From Kiritimatiellia bacterium (GTDB lineage Bacteria > Verrucomicrobiota > Kiritimatiellia > RFP12 > UBA1067): a stretch of DNA of 64,000 bases. A model generated the notes under the pieces. That model was not told where the DNA came from, did no database searches, and worked only from the letters and a program-made list of their open reading frames with translations. The position numbers and the translations under genes were made by a program. The stretch lies in contig JBMNFY010000010.1 of the NCBI GenBank assembly GCA_050949565.1, positions 192,001 to 256,000 on the forward strand, given 5' to 3'. Shown here one piece after another: positions 49,748 through 59,818 of this stretch (its first letter is position 1; every line of letters begins with the position of its first letter).

Positions 49748-50983
49748 CTATAGTGTGATCTCAGGAATCTTGATCGTTTCACCGCCCCGCATCGCGCTCA
49801 TGTGGGCGTAGACACCGGCGATCGTGGTGTTGAGCGCCGTGACCACATCCACGCAGACCTTGTGCTCCGGCACGAGAATGCCGTGGATGAAGTCGTCTGT
49901 GAGGTAGCCGTGCGAGCCGCCATGTCCGCCGCCGGTCATTCCTTTGGGCAAGGCACGTTTGCTCCACTTCTTCGCGTTCTCCTTCACCTCTTTTGAGAAC
50001 CAGCCGCAGTAGCCGCCCTTCTCGGGAACGAAACACCCCTTCTGTCCCCAGATGCGGCCGTCCTCGCCGCCATAGGATGGCGTGTCCCACGAGACGAGCA
50101 TGCGCGCGGCGGAGCCATCTTCGCACTTGAACATTGCGAACTCGCTGCCGTAGGGGTTGTTGTACTTGTTCTTGTGGTAACGTTTCTTAAGCGAGGGAAT
50201 GCCCGTACAGACCACCTCGGTGAAGCGCTTGTGCGTGACGCAGGTGTAGTAACCATTGGAGTGGGTGGGGTAGTACTGCGGCGGCAATCCGATGCGCCAG
50301 CCGTTGTAGGAGGGCGTGCCCTGTCCGTCCAGAGTGTTGTCGCCGCAGTGGAAGTATTCGCCCTCGGTGTATGTGATCGCGCCGAGCATGCCCGCCTGAT
50401 AGAGCTTGCGCATCTTGAAGCAGGAGTCGCGGAATGCCGAGGTTTCGTTCATTTGATAGAGCTTGCCGCTGCGCTCCACGGCGTCAAGGAGACGCGGGAC
50501 GTATTCGAGTTGCTCTTCGCCGAGGAATGCTGGCACGGCGCTCGCCACATGGAGGCCGTGTTCGAGGGCCATGATGGCGAGCGACACATGGCTCGGCGCG
50601 TCCGTCGCGAGGTACACGGCTTCGAGCTTATCCTCGGCCGCGTGCTTGATCATCTCCTCACAACTCGGATAGGTCTTCTGCGCCTTCACGCGCTCTTGCA
50701 GCAATTTACACTTTGCGGGATCGAGATCCGTGCAGGCGACCACCTCCACGTAGGGGTGGCTCTGAAAACCGAACGCTGAACCGAACGAGCAGACGCCTTC
50801 GCCCGCGATGCCCACGCGCACCTTGCGGTCGGCGTATGGAATCCAGTCGAGACTCTCGTCCGCGCCGCTTTTCGTTTCGTCCAAACCTTGAATCTTCGGC
50901 TTGGACGTTTCGGCTCCCTTCGCTCCGCTCGCCGCAAGAAACGCGGCACTCGTGCCCATGAAAACCCTACGTGAAAAATCCAT
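49748..50983 (-). CDS. Tat-exported Gfo/Idh/MocA oxidoreductase
   Basis: SRRVFM signal, VGIAGEG, LATDAPSHV. Confidence 0.88.
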   Translation of the reverse strand: MDFSRRVFMGTSAAFLAASGAKGAETSKPKIQGLDETKSGADESLDWIPYADRKVRVGIAGEGVCSFGSAFGFQSHPYVEVVACTDLDPAKCKLLQERVKAQKTYPSCEEMIKHAAEDKLEAVYLATDAPSHVSLAIMALEHGLHVASAVPAFLGEEQLEYVPRLLDAVERSGKLYQMNETSAFRDSCFKMRKLYQAGMLGAITYTEGEYFHCGDNTLDGQGTPSYNGWRIGLPPQYYPTHSNGYYTCVTHKRFTEVVCTGIPSLKKRYHKNKYNNPYGSEFAMFKCEDGSAARMLVSWDTPSYGGEDGRIWGQKGCFVPEKGGYCGWFSKEVKENAKKWSKRALPKGMTGGGHGGSHGYLTDDFIHGILVPEHKVCVDVVTALNTTIAGVYAHMSAMRGGETIKIPEITL

Positions 50984-51015
50984 CTCATGCCCCTTTCTTG
51001 TTTGTACAGCGGGAT

Positions 51016-52212
51016 TCAAAGCTGAAACTGCGGAATCTTCAGCGTCTCGCCATCCTTCATGGCAGACATGTGCGAGTAGATGCCCGAGACCGTCGTGTTC
51101 AACGCGCAGGCCACATCGCAGACCGGCTTTTGCTTGAGCAGGATGGCGCGGATAAAGTCGTCGGTCAGATAACCGTGCGACCCGCCATGCCCGCCAGCCG
51201 GCATGCCGGGCGGCAGCGGCGGTTTCTCTTGCGCCACTTTCGAAATGTCTGCTTGGCCGGAATAACGCGCCTCAAAGGAACCCTTCTGACCGTAGACACG
51301 CCCCTTCTCACCGCTCGCGCCGGGCACATCCCGGCTCTTCACCATGCGCGCCATGCCGTCCTCGCTGGTGCGGAGCAGTGCGATTTCGGTGGCGAATGGA
51401 TTGTTGTAGCGGTTCTTCCCCGGCTGGAAGTCGGACAGCAGGCTCGGCATGCCCAGGCACGTAACCGAGGTGAAGGAGCCGCCGGTGACACAGGTATAGA
51501 AAGCGTTCGCATGGGTTGGGTAGTACTGCGGCGGCAAGCCGACGCGCCAGCCGTTATAGGATGCGATAGGTTTGGCTGAGTAGTGGTAGTACTCGCCCTC
51601 GGTGTAGATCAGCTTGCCGAAGCCGCCCACCTTGTAGATCTCGCGCATTGCGTAACATTCCGGGCGGAACGCCGAAGTTTCAAATAGCGCGTAGATCATC
51701 CCCGTTGACTTGACCGTCGCCAGCAGTTCGTCCGCCAGCGCCAACTGCTCTTCGCCGAAAACCGCCGGCACGGCCGAAGCCACATGCAGCCCGCGCTTCA
51801 TGCCCTCGATGCAGAGCTTGGCGTGGCTCGGCGCGTCCGTGGCGATAAAGACCGCCTCGATCTCGCGGTCTTTCGCGTACATTTCCCCGCACGAGGCATA
51901 GGTCTTTTTGGTGCCCGTGACCTTGGCCAGCTCTGCGCAGGCAGTGGGGTTCAGGTCGGTCGCCGCGACGACTTCGACATTCGGGTGGTTCTGGAACCCG
52001 AACTGCGCGCCGAATTTGCAGACCCCGTAACCCGCGATGCCGACCTTGACCTTGCGGTCTGAAAAGGGCGTCCAAGCCGCCGTCTTCACCTTGCCCGCGT
52101 TGGTCTCGTCAAAGCCCTGAATCTTCGGTTGGGGCGTTTCAGCCCCCTTCGCTCCGCTTGCCGCAAGAAACGCGGCACTCGCGCCCATGAAAACTCTTCG
52201 TGAAAAATCCAT
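51016..52212 (-). CDS. Tat-exported Gfo/Idh/MocA oxidoreductase
   Basis: SRRVFM signal; core closely matches 48479-49687. Confidence 0.88.
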   Translation of the reverse strand: MDFSRRVFMGASAAFLAASGAKGAETPQPKIQGFDETNAGKVKTAAWTPFSDRKVKVGIAGYGVCKFGAQFGFQNHPNVEVVAATDLNPTACAELAKVTGTKKTYASCGEMYAKDREIEAVFIATDAPSHAKLCIEGMKRGLHVASAVPAVFGEEQLALADELLATVKSTGMIYALFETSAFRPECYAMREIYKVGGFGKLIYTEGEYYHYSAKPIASYNGWRVGLPPQYYPTHANAFYTCVTGGSFTSVTCLGMPSLLSDFQPGKNRYNNPFATEIALLRTSEDGMARMVKSRDVPGASGEKGRVYGQKGSFEARYSGQADISKVAQEKPPLPPGMPAGGHGGSHGYLTDDFIRAILLKQKPVCDVACALNTTVSGIYSHMSAMKDGETLKIPQFQL

Positions 52213-52257
52213 TTTGTTCCCCCTCTCATTCACATTGGCGTGATACCCAATTGGTGT

Positions 52258-54054
52258 TCATCTGAACAGCCGGTAGCGGTTGGGCGCGATGGTCTGTCCC
52301 TTGTGAACGTAATCGCTGTCGGTGTAGTTGCAGATGATCTCGGCACCGTTGGAGAAGGCGGTGCGGAAGACGTTGGGCGCAAGCTGCTCGTGTTGCTCCA
52401 TGAATTCGAATTGCAAGTCGGACAGCGCCTCAAATTCGTCATAGCCCTTTTTAACAAATGCGGCTGTCTGCTTGAGTTCCTCGTCGGTGGCGCACCTCAG
52501 ATCGATCTCGCCCATCCAGTTCTTGTTGTCGGATTTGAACTTGGAGTAGATGTAGAACGTCGGCCGTCCGTTGAACTCGACGAGCTTGGTTTGGGTGAAG
52601 AGGTCTTTGGCCGGGGCGTTGACCGTCTCGGTGAAGGGGTTGTTGAGGATGATGCCGTTGTAGACAAGCTGCCAGATCGGGATCAGACGGTCATGCATCG
52701 CGTTGTGCTTGCCGGAAAGTCCGCCGAAATAGACGTAGAGCGCGTAATCAAGATTACCGCAGGCGTAGTCGAAGCCACCCTCTGAGGACACCCCGCCAAT
52801 ATGGTCTTTGCAGGCGGCGAGAATGCGGTCGAACCACATCGCGCTCTCCTTGGGTGTGCAGGGATGATTGGGATCGAAGCAGCGCGGCGGCTGTACGATC
52901 GTGATAACATCGATATAGTGCAGGCCGCGGAAACCGAGGTCGGCCACCTTGCGGATGTCCTGCGGATAGAAGCGCGCAAAGACGCGTTGCGGACAGAGCG
53001 AATACATCCGGCCGCCGCTCCAGACGGCATGGGAGTAGGGCGTGCCGTCTTGGCGCTTGACCGGCAGATCCCAGTCCCAGACATTGGCGATGCTGTAGCC
53101 GTCAGAACTGTTGGTGTGCCCGACAATCCGGTAGCCCATACGATGCGCCTTGCGGATCAACTGCCGTAACTTCGCCTCACCGCCCAGCGCTTCTTCTACC
53201 GGGAACATCTGCGGCCAGCGTCCGTCGTGGCCCTTCTGGTTCCAGCCGACCAGACAGAGCTGCGCGCGCTTGACACCGACGCGCTTGAGGGCGTCCAGAA
53301 TGTCGCCCACGCGATCAAAGGTGACCGCGACCTTCATCGGCGGCTCGGTGGCGAGGCTCTGTTCCATTACCGGGCTGGGCGCGGGCTTCCAGCCTTGGCG
53401 GATACGGATTTCGGGGCAGCGCGCGGCGTAGTCGAGTTCTGGCTGCTCTTTTATGCGTACGCTGATTGGCTTGCAGACCTCGCGCAGGAGCTGGTAATTA
53501 CGATAGGCGCGTGCCATACCGGCATAGTCTGCGTTGCGCCCTTCGAGCAGATGGTAGTGGATAACGATATCGTCCGGCGGTACAAAGCCAGCCACCCGAA
53601 AGCGCGGCGCAATCGTATACACGCCTTCTTTGGCGCGCACGTGCAGGTCATACTCAAAACGCATCGTGGCGACAATGCCGACGAATGTCGCGCGCGGATT
53701 CTTCATGCCGAAAATCGGCATGTAGTTGCGTCCGTGGACAACGCTCGGCCCGCCGATCATGTAGGCACCATTCTGCAAACGGAAGGTGCCGAGAAAGCCG
53801 TCGGGCGTCACGTAGTAACCCTCCTCACCGACTTTGGCCGTGGCGAAATCCGGCAACACCGACACCCACTCCACACCTTGCGGCAACTGGCTGCGCTTGA
53901 CGATCACCGTCACCACACCCTTGGCGTCGGGCGTGACCGACACCGTCTTCTTCTCCTCGTGCTTGTCGGTGAACGTGTAAGTCAATTCCACCTGCGCCGC
54001 CATCAGGCCGCACACGCAAAAAACCGTTAGTATCGAAAACAACATTCGCTTCAT
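52258..54054 (-). CDS. Secreted putative glycoside hydrolase (DUF5696/GH129-like)
   Basis: Signal peptide; ADYAGMARAYR, VGWNQKGHDG, GLHYIDV, SSEGG. Confidence 0.65.
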   Translation of the reverse strand: MKRMLFSILTVFCVCGLMAAQVELTYTFTDKHEEKKTVSVTPDAKGVVTVIVKRSQLPQGVEWVSVLPDFATAKVGEEGYYVTPDGFLGTFRLQNGAYMIGGPSVVHGRNYMPIFGMKNPRATFVGIVATMRFEYDLHVRAKEGVYTIAPRFRVAGFVPPDDIVIHYHLLEGRNADYAGMARAYRNYQLLREVCKPISVRIKEQPELDYAARCPEIRIRQGWKPAPSPVMEQSLATEPPMKVAVTFDRVGDILDALKRVGVKRAQLCLVGWNQKGHDGRWPQMFPVEEALGGEAKLRQLIRKAHRMGYRIVGHTNSSDGYSIANVWDWDLPVKRQDGTPYSHAVWSGGRMYSLCPQRVFARFYPQDIRKVADLGFRGLHYIDVITIVQPPRCFDPNHPCTPKESAMWFDRILAACKDHIGGVSSEGGFDYACGNLDYALYVYFGGLSGKHNAMHDRLIPIWQLVYNGIILNNPFTETVNAPAKDLFTQTKLVEFNGRPTFYIYSKFKSDNKNWMGEIDLRCATDEELKQTAAFVKKGYDEFEALSDLQFEFMEQHEQLAPNVFRTAFSNGAEIICNYTDSDYVHKGQTIAPNRYRLFR

Positions 54055-54229
54055 AAACGACTTCCTCGTTTTATTAATGCCCGCCGAAAACATCTAACCC
54101 ACCGGATGGACACAAAATACACGGAAGGGACAGGCGTCTGCTTGCCCGGACGAACAGACGCTCGTCCTTTTTCACGTATGGGATGGTCCGTTCAGCTCGA
54201 TTTTTCGACGGTAGGTTAACACGGTTGTA

Positions 54230-55582
54230 TCAGTAATCAAAATAGGGTATGCGTTCGATTTTTTCGAAACGCGATTCGGTATCGTTGCCGGTCTCAGTCC
54301 GATAGGTGTCGAATCCGATACCCTTGGCGTGCGGTCCGGACCAGGCGAACAACGGCTGCTTGTCGGGATCGGCGCCCTCTTGCCAGAAGATATTGCGGTT
54401 GCACGCCACTTCGTTCAGCCGGGGATTGTAAAACCAGATCATCCGCTCTGTCGTGTTGTAGAACCGGTTGTCGTGGTAATGAAGCTTAAGGACTTTCGAT
54501 TCCAGACGATACGCCAACAGGTGGGTTCCGTTTTTGTTGGGACGTTGTACATGACCCCATCCGAAGCCGCAGTCATAGCTGCTGTTGCCTTCGTACGTCA
54601 CGCCGGCGACCTCCGACTCTGGATTGGAGAACCAGATTTCATAGGCCTGTTCGCAGAGATAGACGATGTTGTTGCGCCACAAGACATCGCTCACGCGACA
54701 CTTCTCGTTGCCTTGGTTGGTCATGGCGGTGTCGTAGATCTGCCAAAAACGACAACCCTCGACCACGCAGTCAGTCGCCGTGCACCAAAACTCCACGCCG
54801 TTGCCGTAACGTGTGGGCCTATCGTTACGCGTGTACAAATGGCCGCCACCGATCCAGAAGAAATCGCAGTTGCGGATCCGTGCATGGCTGTGCCCGGCAC
54901 CGCCGACACCGTGCGCGGCGGTATAGCCAAAGGCCAGTCCGTCCAACACATACCACTCTGGTTTCTTTACAGACACACTGTTGATTTTGGGCGCCGCCTC
55001 AATGAAGCTGTAAAACTCAGCCGGATTTTTTTCGGAGTAGAAAAAGATCGTCCGTGGACCGGCCGTAGACGAAAACGGGCTGGAGAAAAAGTCGCCCTGC
55101 GCACGTAGCTCGTCGACAGACCACCGCTTGAATCCTGCCGTTTTAGGTGTCGTACCTTTCTTGACGAGCACGATATTGCCGATGTCTGCATTGACGTTTG
55201 TACCGCCGCCGATGGTGGGCACGACTTTCCAGATGTTATTGCCCGTCGACTGCCAGAGCGCCGGATCGGCAAGATCGACGCTGCGCATGATACGGGGCTT
55301 CCAGTCGGCGTTCTCGCCCGTTCCCGGATAAGAGGTGTACGTGACGGGCGCTCCCTGTGTCCCCGGCTGGACATTGAGGCTCCCGCGCCACATCTGCCCG
55401 CACTTGAAGCGCACGCGGTCGCCGGGATTGAGCCGGGCCGCGTTCACGCGCTCAAGCGTTTGCCAAGCCTGTTCCGGCGATGTGCCGGGGTTCCCATCCC
55501 GGCCGTGTTCGGCATCCACATAGTAATCGGCAGCCTGCGCCGATACGCAGGCGAGCAGGCACGCAAACAAAGTAGCACGCAT
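54230..55582 (-). CDS. Secreted right-handed parallel beta-helix protein
   Basis: YYVDAEHGRDGNPGTSPEQAWQTL N-terminus, GNGVEFW repeats. Confidence 0.75.
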   Translation of the reverse strand: MRATLFACLLACVSAQAADYYVDAEHGRDGNPGTSPEQAWQTLERVNAARLNPGDRVRFKCGQMWRGSLNVQPGTQGAPVTYTSYPGTGENADWKPRIMRSVDLADPALWQSTGNNIWKVVPTIGGGTNVNADIGNIVLVKKGTTPKTAGFKRWSVDELRAQGDFFSSPFSSTAGPRTIFFYSEKNPAEFYSFIEAAPKINSVSVKKPEWYVLDGLAFGYTAAHGVGGAGHSHARIRNCDFFWIGGGHLYTRNDRPTRYGNGVEFWCTATDCVVEGCRFWQIYDTAMTNQGNEKCRVSDVLWRNNIVYLCEQAYEIWFSNPESEVAGVTYEGNSSYDCGFGWGHVQRPNKNGTHLLAYRLESKVLKLHYHDNRFYNTTERMIWFYNPRLNEVACNRNIFWQEGADPDKQPLFAWSGPHAKGIGFDTYRTETGNDTESRFEKIERIPYFDY

Positions 55583-55587
55583 GACCT

Positions 55588-56778
55588 TCAAAGCTCCGGA
55601 ATGGGGGGCACAATGATCGGCGCCCATTTGTCTGGCGGGGGCGCTGGCTCTTCCGGCACGGTGCAGTTCTTTAGGACGGCGTCGACGAACACGACCGCGC
55701 GCAGGCCATCCTCAATGCTCATGAAGCCGCGGGCGGGGGGAGCGAGACTCTTTTGGGCTTTGCAGGATTCGTAATAATCCGCAAAGGCAGAGTAGGTTGA
55801 CGCGAGCGCGGCGATGTAGGCCGCATCGCTACCGAACGGGTTGGGGCCGGGTTTCTCTCCCGTGGCGGGGATACCCTCTGTCAGGACACGCTCCGAACCG
55901 TCAACGTCGCGCACGATCAGGCGGTGCGGCTCATTTTGCGACCACAACAACGCGCCGCGGTCACCCATGAGTTCAATGGTGAGGCCGTCGCGCCGTCCGG
56001 TAGCGATTTGACTGGCGAGGAACACACCGCGCGCGCCTCCAGTGAAGCGCACAAGCACGCTGCAGTCATCGTCCAAGATACGCCCGGGGACCGTCGCCCG
56101 CAGATCCGCGCAGACCTCGCTGACCGCCAGGCCCGACAGCCATTCCGACAGATAAAAGCAGTGGATGCCGAGATCAAGCAGGCATCCCGCCGGACCGCTG
56201 CGCCGCGGGTCGGCTCGCCAGCCAGCTTGTTTGTTACCGGCCGTCTCAAGGCGTTGTGCCATCCATCCCAGTGGGTAGCGGGAGACGATTTTACGGATCG
56301 TGCCGATCATCTGCTCCTCAAGCAGGAGGCGGCGCGCCAGTTGCAAGGCGGGATAACCCTGATAGACCATGGCGATCCCGTACACCAACCCGCTTGCCTG
56401 CTGCTTGCGCGTGAGATTCAGCCCTTCGTCCAGATTGCAGGTAAAAGGCTTTTCACTGAACACGGAGAACCCTGCGTCGATTGACGACATCGCGACCGGA
56501 TAGTGCATCGCATTGGGTGCCAAGATGGACACAAAGTCCATACGTTCGTCTTCGGGCAGGGTTGCCTCCCGGCGAAACATGTCACGGTAAGTGCCGTATG
56601 AACGCCGCGTAGGGAGTTCCAGGCGCTTGCCGGTTTCAAACGAGCTTTGTCGCGTGGAGCCAAACGCACCGCAAACCAACTCCAGCCGACCGCACTGCTT
56701 AATGGCGGCACGATGGATATCGCCGATGAACGAGTCATTGCCGCCGCCAACAATCCCGACACGTAAAGTTTTACTCAT
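55588..56778 (-). CDS. Gfo/Idh/MocA oxidoreductase (cytoplasmic)
   Basis: VGIVGGGNDSFIG, PNAMH, SEKP, DLGIH. Confidence 0.9.
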   Translation of the reverse strand: MSKTLRVGIVGGGNDSFIGDIHRAAIKQCGRLELVCGAFGSTRQSSFETGKRLELPTRRSYGTYRDMFRREATLPEDERMDFVSILAPNAMHYPVAMSSIDAGFSVFSEKPFTCNLDEGLNLTRKQQASGLVYGIAMVYQGYPALQLARRLLLEEQMIGTIRKIVSRYPLGWMAQRLETAGNKQAGWRADPRRSGPAGCLLDLGIHCFYLSEWLSGLAVSEVCADLRATVPGRILDDDCSVLVRFTGGARGVFLASQIATGRRDGLTIELMGDRGALLWSQNEPHRLIVRDVDGSERVLTEGIPATGEKPGPNPFGSDAAYIAALASTYSAFADYYESCKAQKSLAPPARGFMSIEDGLRAVVFVDAVLKNCTVPEEPAPPPDKWAPIIVPPIPEL

Positions 56779-57055
56779 GATCTCTTACACCTGTCATAAC
56801 TGTGAGCCACTGTGAACCTATTCACATCATGATGCACCAATTATAGGGCAGATTGAGATATTCGCCAAACAAAAAATGATTGTTTTCGTAAAAGCGTGCC
56901 AGCGTACTTTTCCGCGCACTTTTCGATGGGGTACGCTGATAAGGCTAAAGGAAAAAACAGATCGAAATCGGGATTTGGATCGAAAGGGATTGACTCACTT
57001 TGCCTCCCCCGCATAATAAGCGCCGATCTATCCTATGGGAAGGCGGAATGAGAGA

Positions 57056-58807
57056 ATGAAGCGTGTGATGATTCGGATCGTGTCCGCAGTACTGGCTGCG
57101 GAGGCCTTCGCGGCGTTGCCGAAGATGCCGGTGCGTCCGACGCCGGATGCGGCGACACTGAAGATGAATGCGGGGCGTGAACTCAAGTTCATGAACCCGC
57201 TGCCGCGACAGCGCTGCGGGGGGAAGACGTGTGGCACCTACAACAACCGGGAATTCGCGTGTCCCGGCCTGCTGACAACGCAGGAGCACGATTTAGGCGA
57301 TACGATCTGGAACCTCCGTAAAGTTGTGTGGGCGGACCGCCGACTGGTGGCGATCGATGGACGCTATCTCATGTGCCAACTCAATTGGATTCGCGATCAC
57401 GTCCACCAGATGAAGGGCTTCTGTCACTGGGAACACGACCTCACGAGCTTCCTCGATTTCATTCTCGACACACAACGCGCCGATGGACAGTTCTTCGAGC
57501 TTATCAAACAGATCGACGACCCCCATTGGATGTTCGTGCCGGAGGATTGTTCGGTGCTGTATCCAGAAGACAACCAGTCGCTCGTCCGGCTCGAACTCGA
57601 GGCCGACATCGAATACCTGATGGTCGAGGGCTGTGTGCAGGCATGGCGCGTCACGGGTGACGACGAGTGGTTGAAGAGGGCGTTGCCGCGGCTCGAGAAG
57701 GGCATCGACTACCAGACGAGCGACGTGAAGCGCTGGGACCCGGAGCGTGGACTTTGCAAGCGTCCCTATACCATCGACACTTGGGATTTCACGAAGGATC
57801 CCGGTTCCGCGTGTAACCGTTCGGTGGTGCTCACAGAACCGATGGCGATCATGCACGGTGATAACACCGGTGTCTATCAGGCCATGAGCCAACTCGCCTG
57901 GGTCAACGAACGCTTCGGTAACGCGGAGAAGGCGGCAGCATGGCGCGCGCGTGCCGCGACGCTCCGCGCGAATGCCATGAGGCATCTCTGGAACGGGAAG
58001 TTCTTTATCCATCAGCTTGCGATCAACTGCGAGCCGTACGATGAGAACGAGGCAGAGCGTCTCTCCATGAGCGATGCCTACGCGCTCAACCGTGGCATGT
58101 TGACGCGGGACGAATGCCGTTCGATTATCGAGGAGTATAAGGGGCGGCGTGCGACCACGAAGGCGTTCGCCGAATGGTTCACGATCGATCCGCCGTACAA
58201 CATGAAGATCGGAAACCATCCGCCTGGCGAGTACGTGAACGGTGCGATTTGTCCATTCACGGCCGGCGAACTCGCCAAGGGCGCTTTCGAGAATGGGTTT
58301 GAGAAATATGGATGGGACATTCTGCAGCGGCTGGTGAAAATGATCAAGGAGGACGACGGCAAGCTGTTCTTCCTCTACCATCCGACGACGCGCGCGCCGC
58401 AAGGACGCGGTCCGAGCGCCTGGGGCGCGGCTGCGGTTCTGAGCGCGATCGATCAGGGTCTTGCTGGCATCACCGACCTCGACAAGCAGTACCGCCGTCT
58501 TCGCTTTGCACCGCGTTGGGCGGTCACGGATTACACCGAAGGACGTTATCTCACCGGCTACGAGCGCGCCGCGAAATTTGTCGACACGCGTTGGGTGTTC
58601 ACTGACCGTGGATTGCGCTACCGCGTGGAGTCGCCGGCACAAGAAGTTGTCGCGCACATTCTGTTGTCCGAAGGCCGCCATGCGTCGAAGGTGCTCGTCA
58701 ACGGTGTCGAGCAGCGCTTCACCGTCACGAAGGGCGAGTCGGCGGACTACGTCGATCTGGTCGTGAAGGGCCATCCATCTATCGACTTCGAAGTCCTCTA
58801 TGAGTGA
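57056..58807 (+). CDS. Secreted six-hairpin (alpha/alpha)6 glycosidase-like protein
   Basis: Signal peptide; WIRDH, EADIEY, DTWDF, EYVNG motifs. Confidence 0.6.
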   Translation: MKRVMIRIVSAVLAAEAFAALPKMPVRPTPDAATLKMNAGRELKFMNPLPRQRCGGKTCGTYNNREFACPGLLTTQEHDLGDTIWNLRKVVWADRRLVAIDGRYLMCQLNWIRDHVHQMKGFCHWEHDLTSFLDFILDTQRADGQFFELIKQIDDPHWMFVPEDCSVLYPEDNQSLVRLELEADIEYLMVEGCVQAWRVTGDDEWLKRALPRLEKGIDYQTSDVKRWDPERGLCKRPYTIDTWDFTKDPGSACNRSVVLTEPMAIMHGDNTGVYQAMSQLAWVNERFGNAEKAAAWRARAATLRANAMRHLWNGKFFIHQLAINCEPYDENEAERLSMSDAYALNRGMLTRDECRSIIEEYKGRRATTKAFAEWFTIDPPYNMKIGNHPPGEYVNGAICPFTAGELAKGAFENGFEKYGWDILQRLVKMIKEDDGKLFFLYHPTTRAPQGRGPSAWGAAAVLSAIDQGLAGITDLDKQYRRLRFAPRWAVTDYTEGRYLTGYERAAKFVDTRWVFTDRGLRYRVESPAQEVVAHILLSEGRHASKVLVNGVEQRFTVTKGESADYVDLVVKGHPSIDFEVLYE

Positions 58808-58922
58808 CGCTGGACGTAATCGGTTGGTGACAGGGATGTGCGAAGATGATGCGTTTCCGTGCGAAGCGCGGGCGGCGGGCTAACCGATTACAATTGCATG
58901 GCCGCAGGCATTTTGCCACACT

Positions 58923-59795
58923 GTGTCTATGAAAGATAAGTCTCAGCCAGTTGTGTCGTTTGTGGTCTCAAGAGTGCAGGCGGGCCAGTCGCTCCAAGAG
59001 TTTCTCGCCGCACGGCTCTCAATTTCCAAACGTGCGGCCAAAAATCTGTTGGATGAGCGGGTCGTGTGGGTCAACCGCCGATGCGTGTGGATGACACACC
59101 ACACGCTCAAAACCGGGGATACCGTAGAATTGCCAAGTGCCAACCTGTCCAAGCAGTCGGCGGCGTCGCCGGCGTCAGCAATCCGAATTCTGGTGCAGGA
59201 TGATTTCTATCTGGTGGCCGACAAACCGTCCAATATGCTTTCGGTCGGCGCGCGCAGTGTCGAAGAGACATTGCGCACGCAGACCGGTCTCGCGACGTTG
59301 CGGGCGGTACACCGTCTGGATCGTGACACGACCGGCTGCTTGCTGTTCGCTAAAAATGATGCCGCGTTCGATGCTGCTGTCGAAATCTTTAAGACGCGCC
59401 GGGTCAGCAAGCACTACCGCGTGATCGTGTACGGTCGTTATGAGCGTGCCGCTTCGACCGTGGAGCAGGAGCTGGACGGTGAGCGTGCGGTCAGCCACAT
59501 CCAGCGTGAGATGGCCACCAAAGACGCCAGCTTTCTCAAGGTGAAGATCGAGACAGGACGCACTCACCAAATCCGTCGTCACCTCGCCTCGTTGCGCCAC
59601 CCGGTGCTGGGCGATCGCGAACACGGCATCAAGCACGCGCGCGATCCGCGCCTGCTGACGGTGCCGCGCCAGATGCTCCATGCCGCCGGTCTGGAGATGC
59701 CGCATCCGATGCTTCCAGGGGAGACGCTCAAGGCGCACAGTCCGTTACCGGCCGATTTCCGGCGTTGTCTGAAACTGTTCGGCATGGGTAAATGA
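58923..59795 (+). CDS. RluA-family pseudouridine synthase
   Basis: HRLDRDTTG, TGRTHQIR, QMLHA. Confidence 0.92.
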   Translation: MSMKDKSQPVVSFVVSRVQAGQSLQEFLAARLSISKRAAKNLLDERVVWVNRRCVWMTHHTLKTGDTVELPSANLSKQSAASPASAIRILVQDDFYLVADKPSNMLSVGARSVEETLRTQTGLATLRAVHRLDRDTTGCLLFAKNDAAFDAAVEIFKTRRVSKHYRVIVYGRYERAASTVEQELDGERAVSHIQREMATKDASFLKVKIETGRTHQIRRHLASLRHPVLGDREHGIKHARDPRLLTVPRQMLHAAGLEMPHPMLPGETLKAHSPLPADFRRCLKLFGMGK

Positions 59796-59818
59796 GGCGG
59801 ACGTAGGGATCGCTGCGC

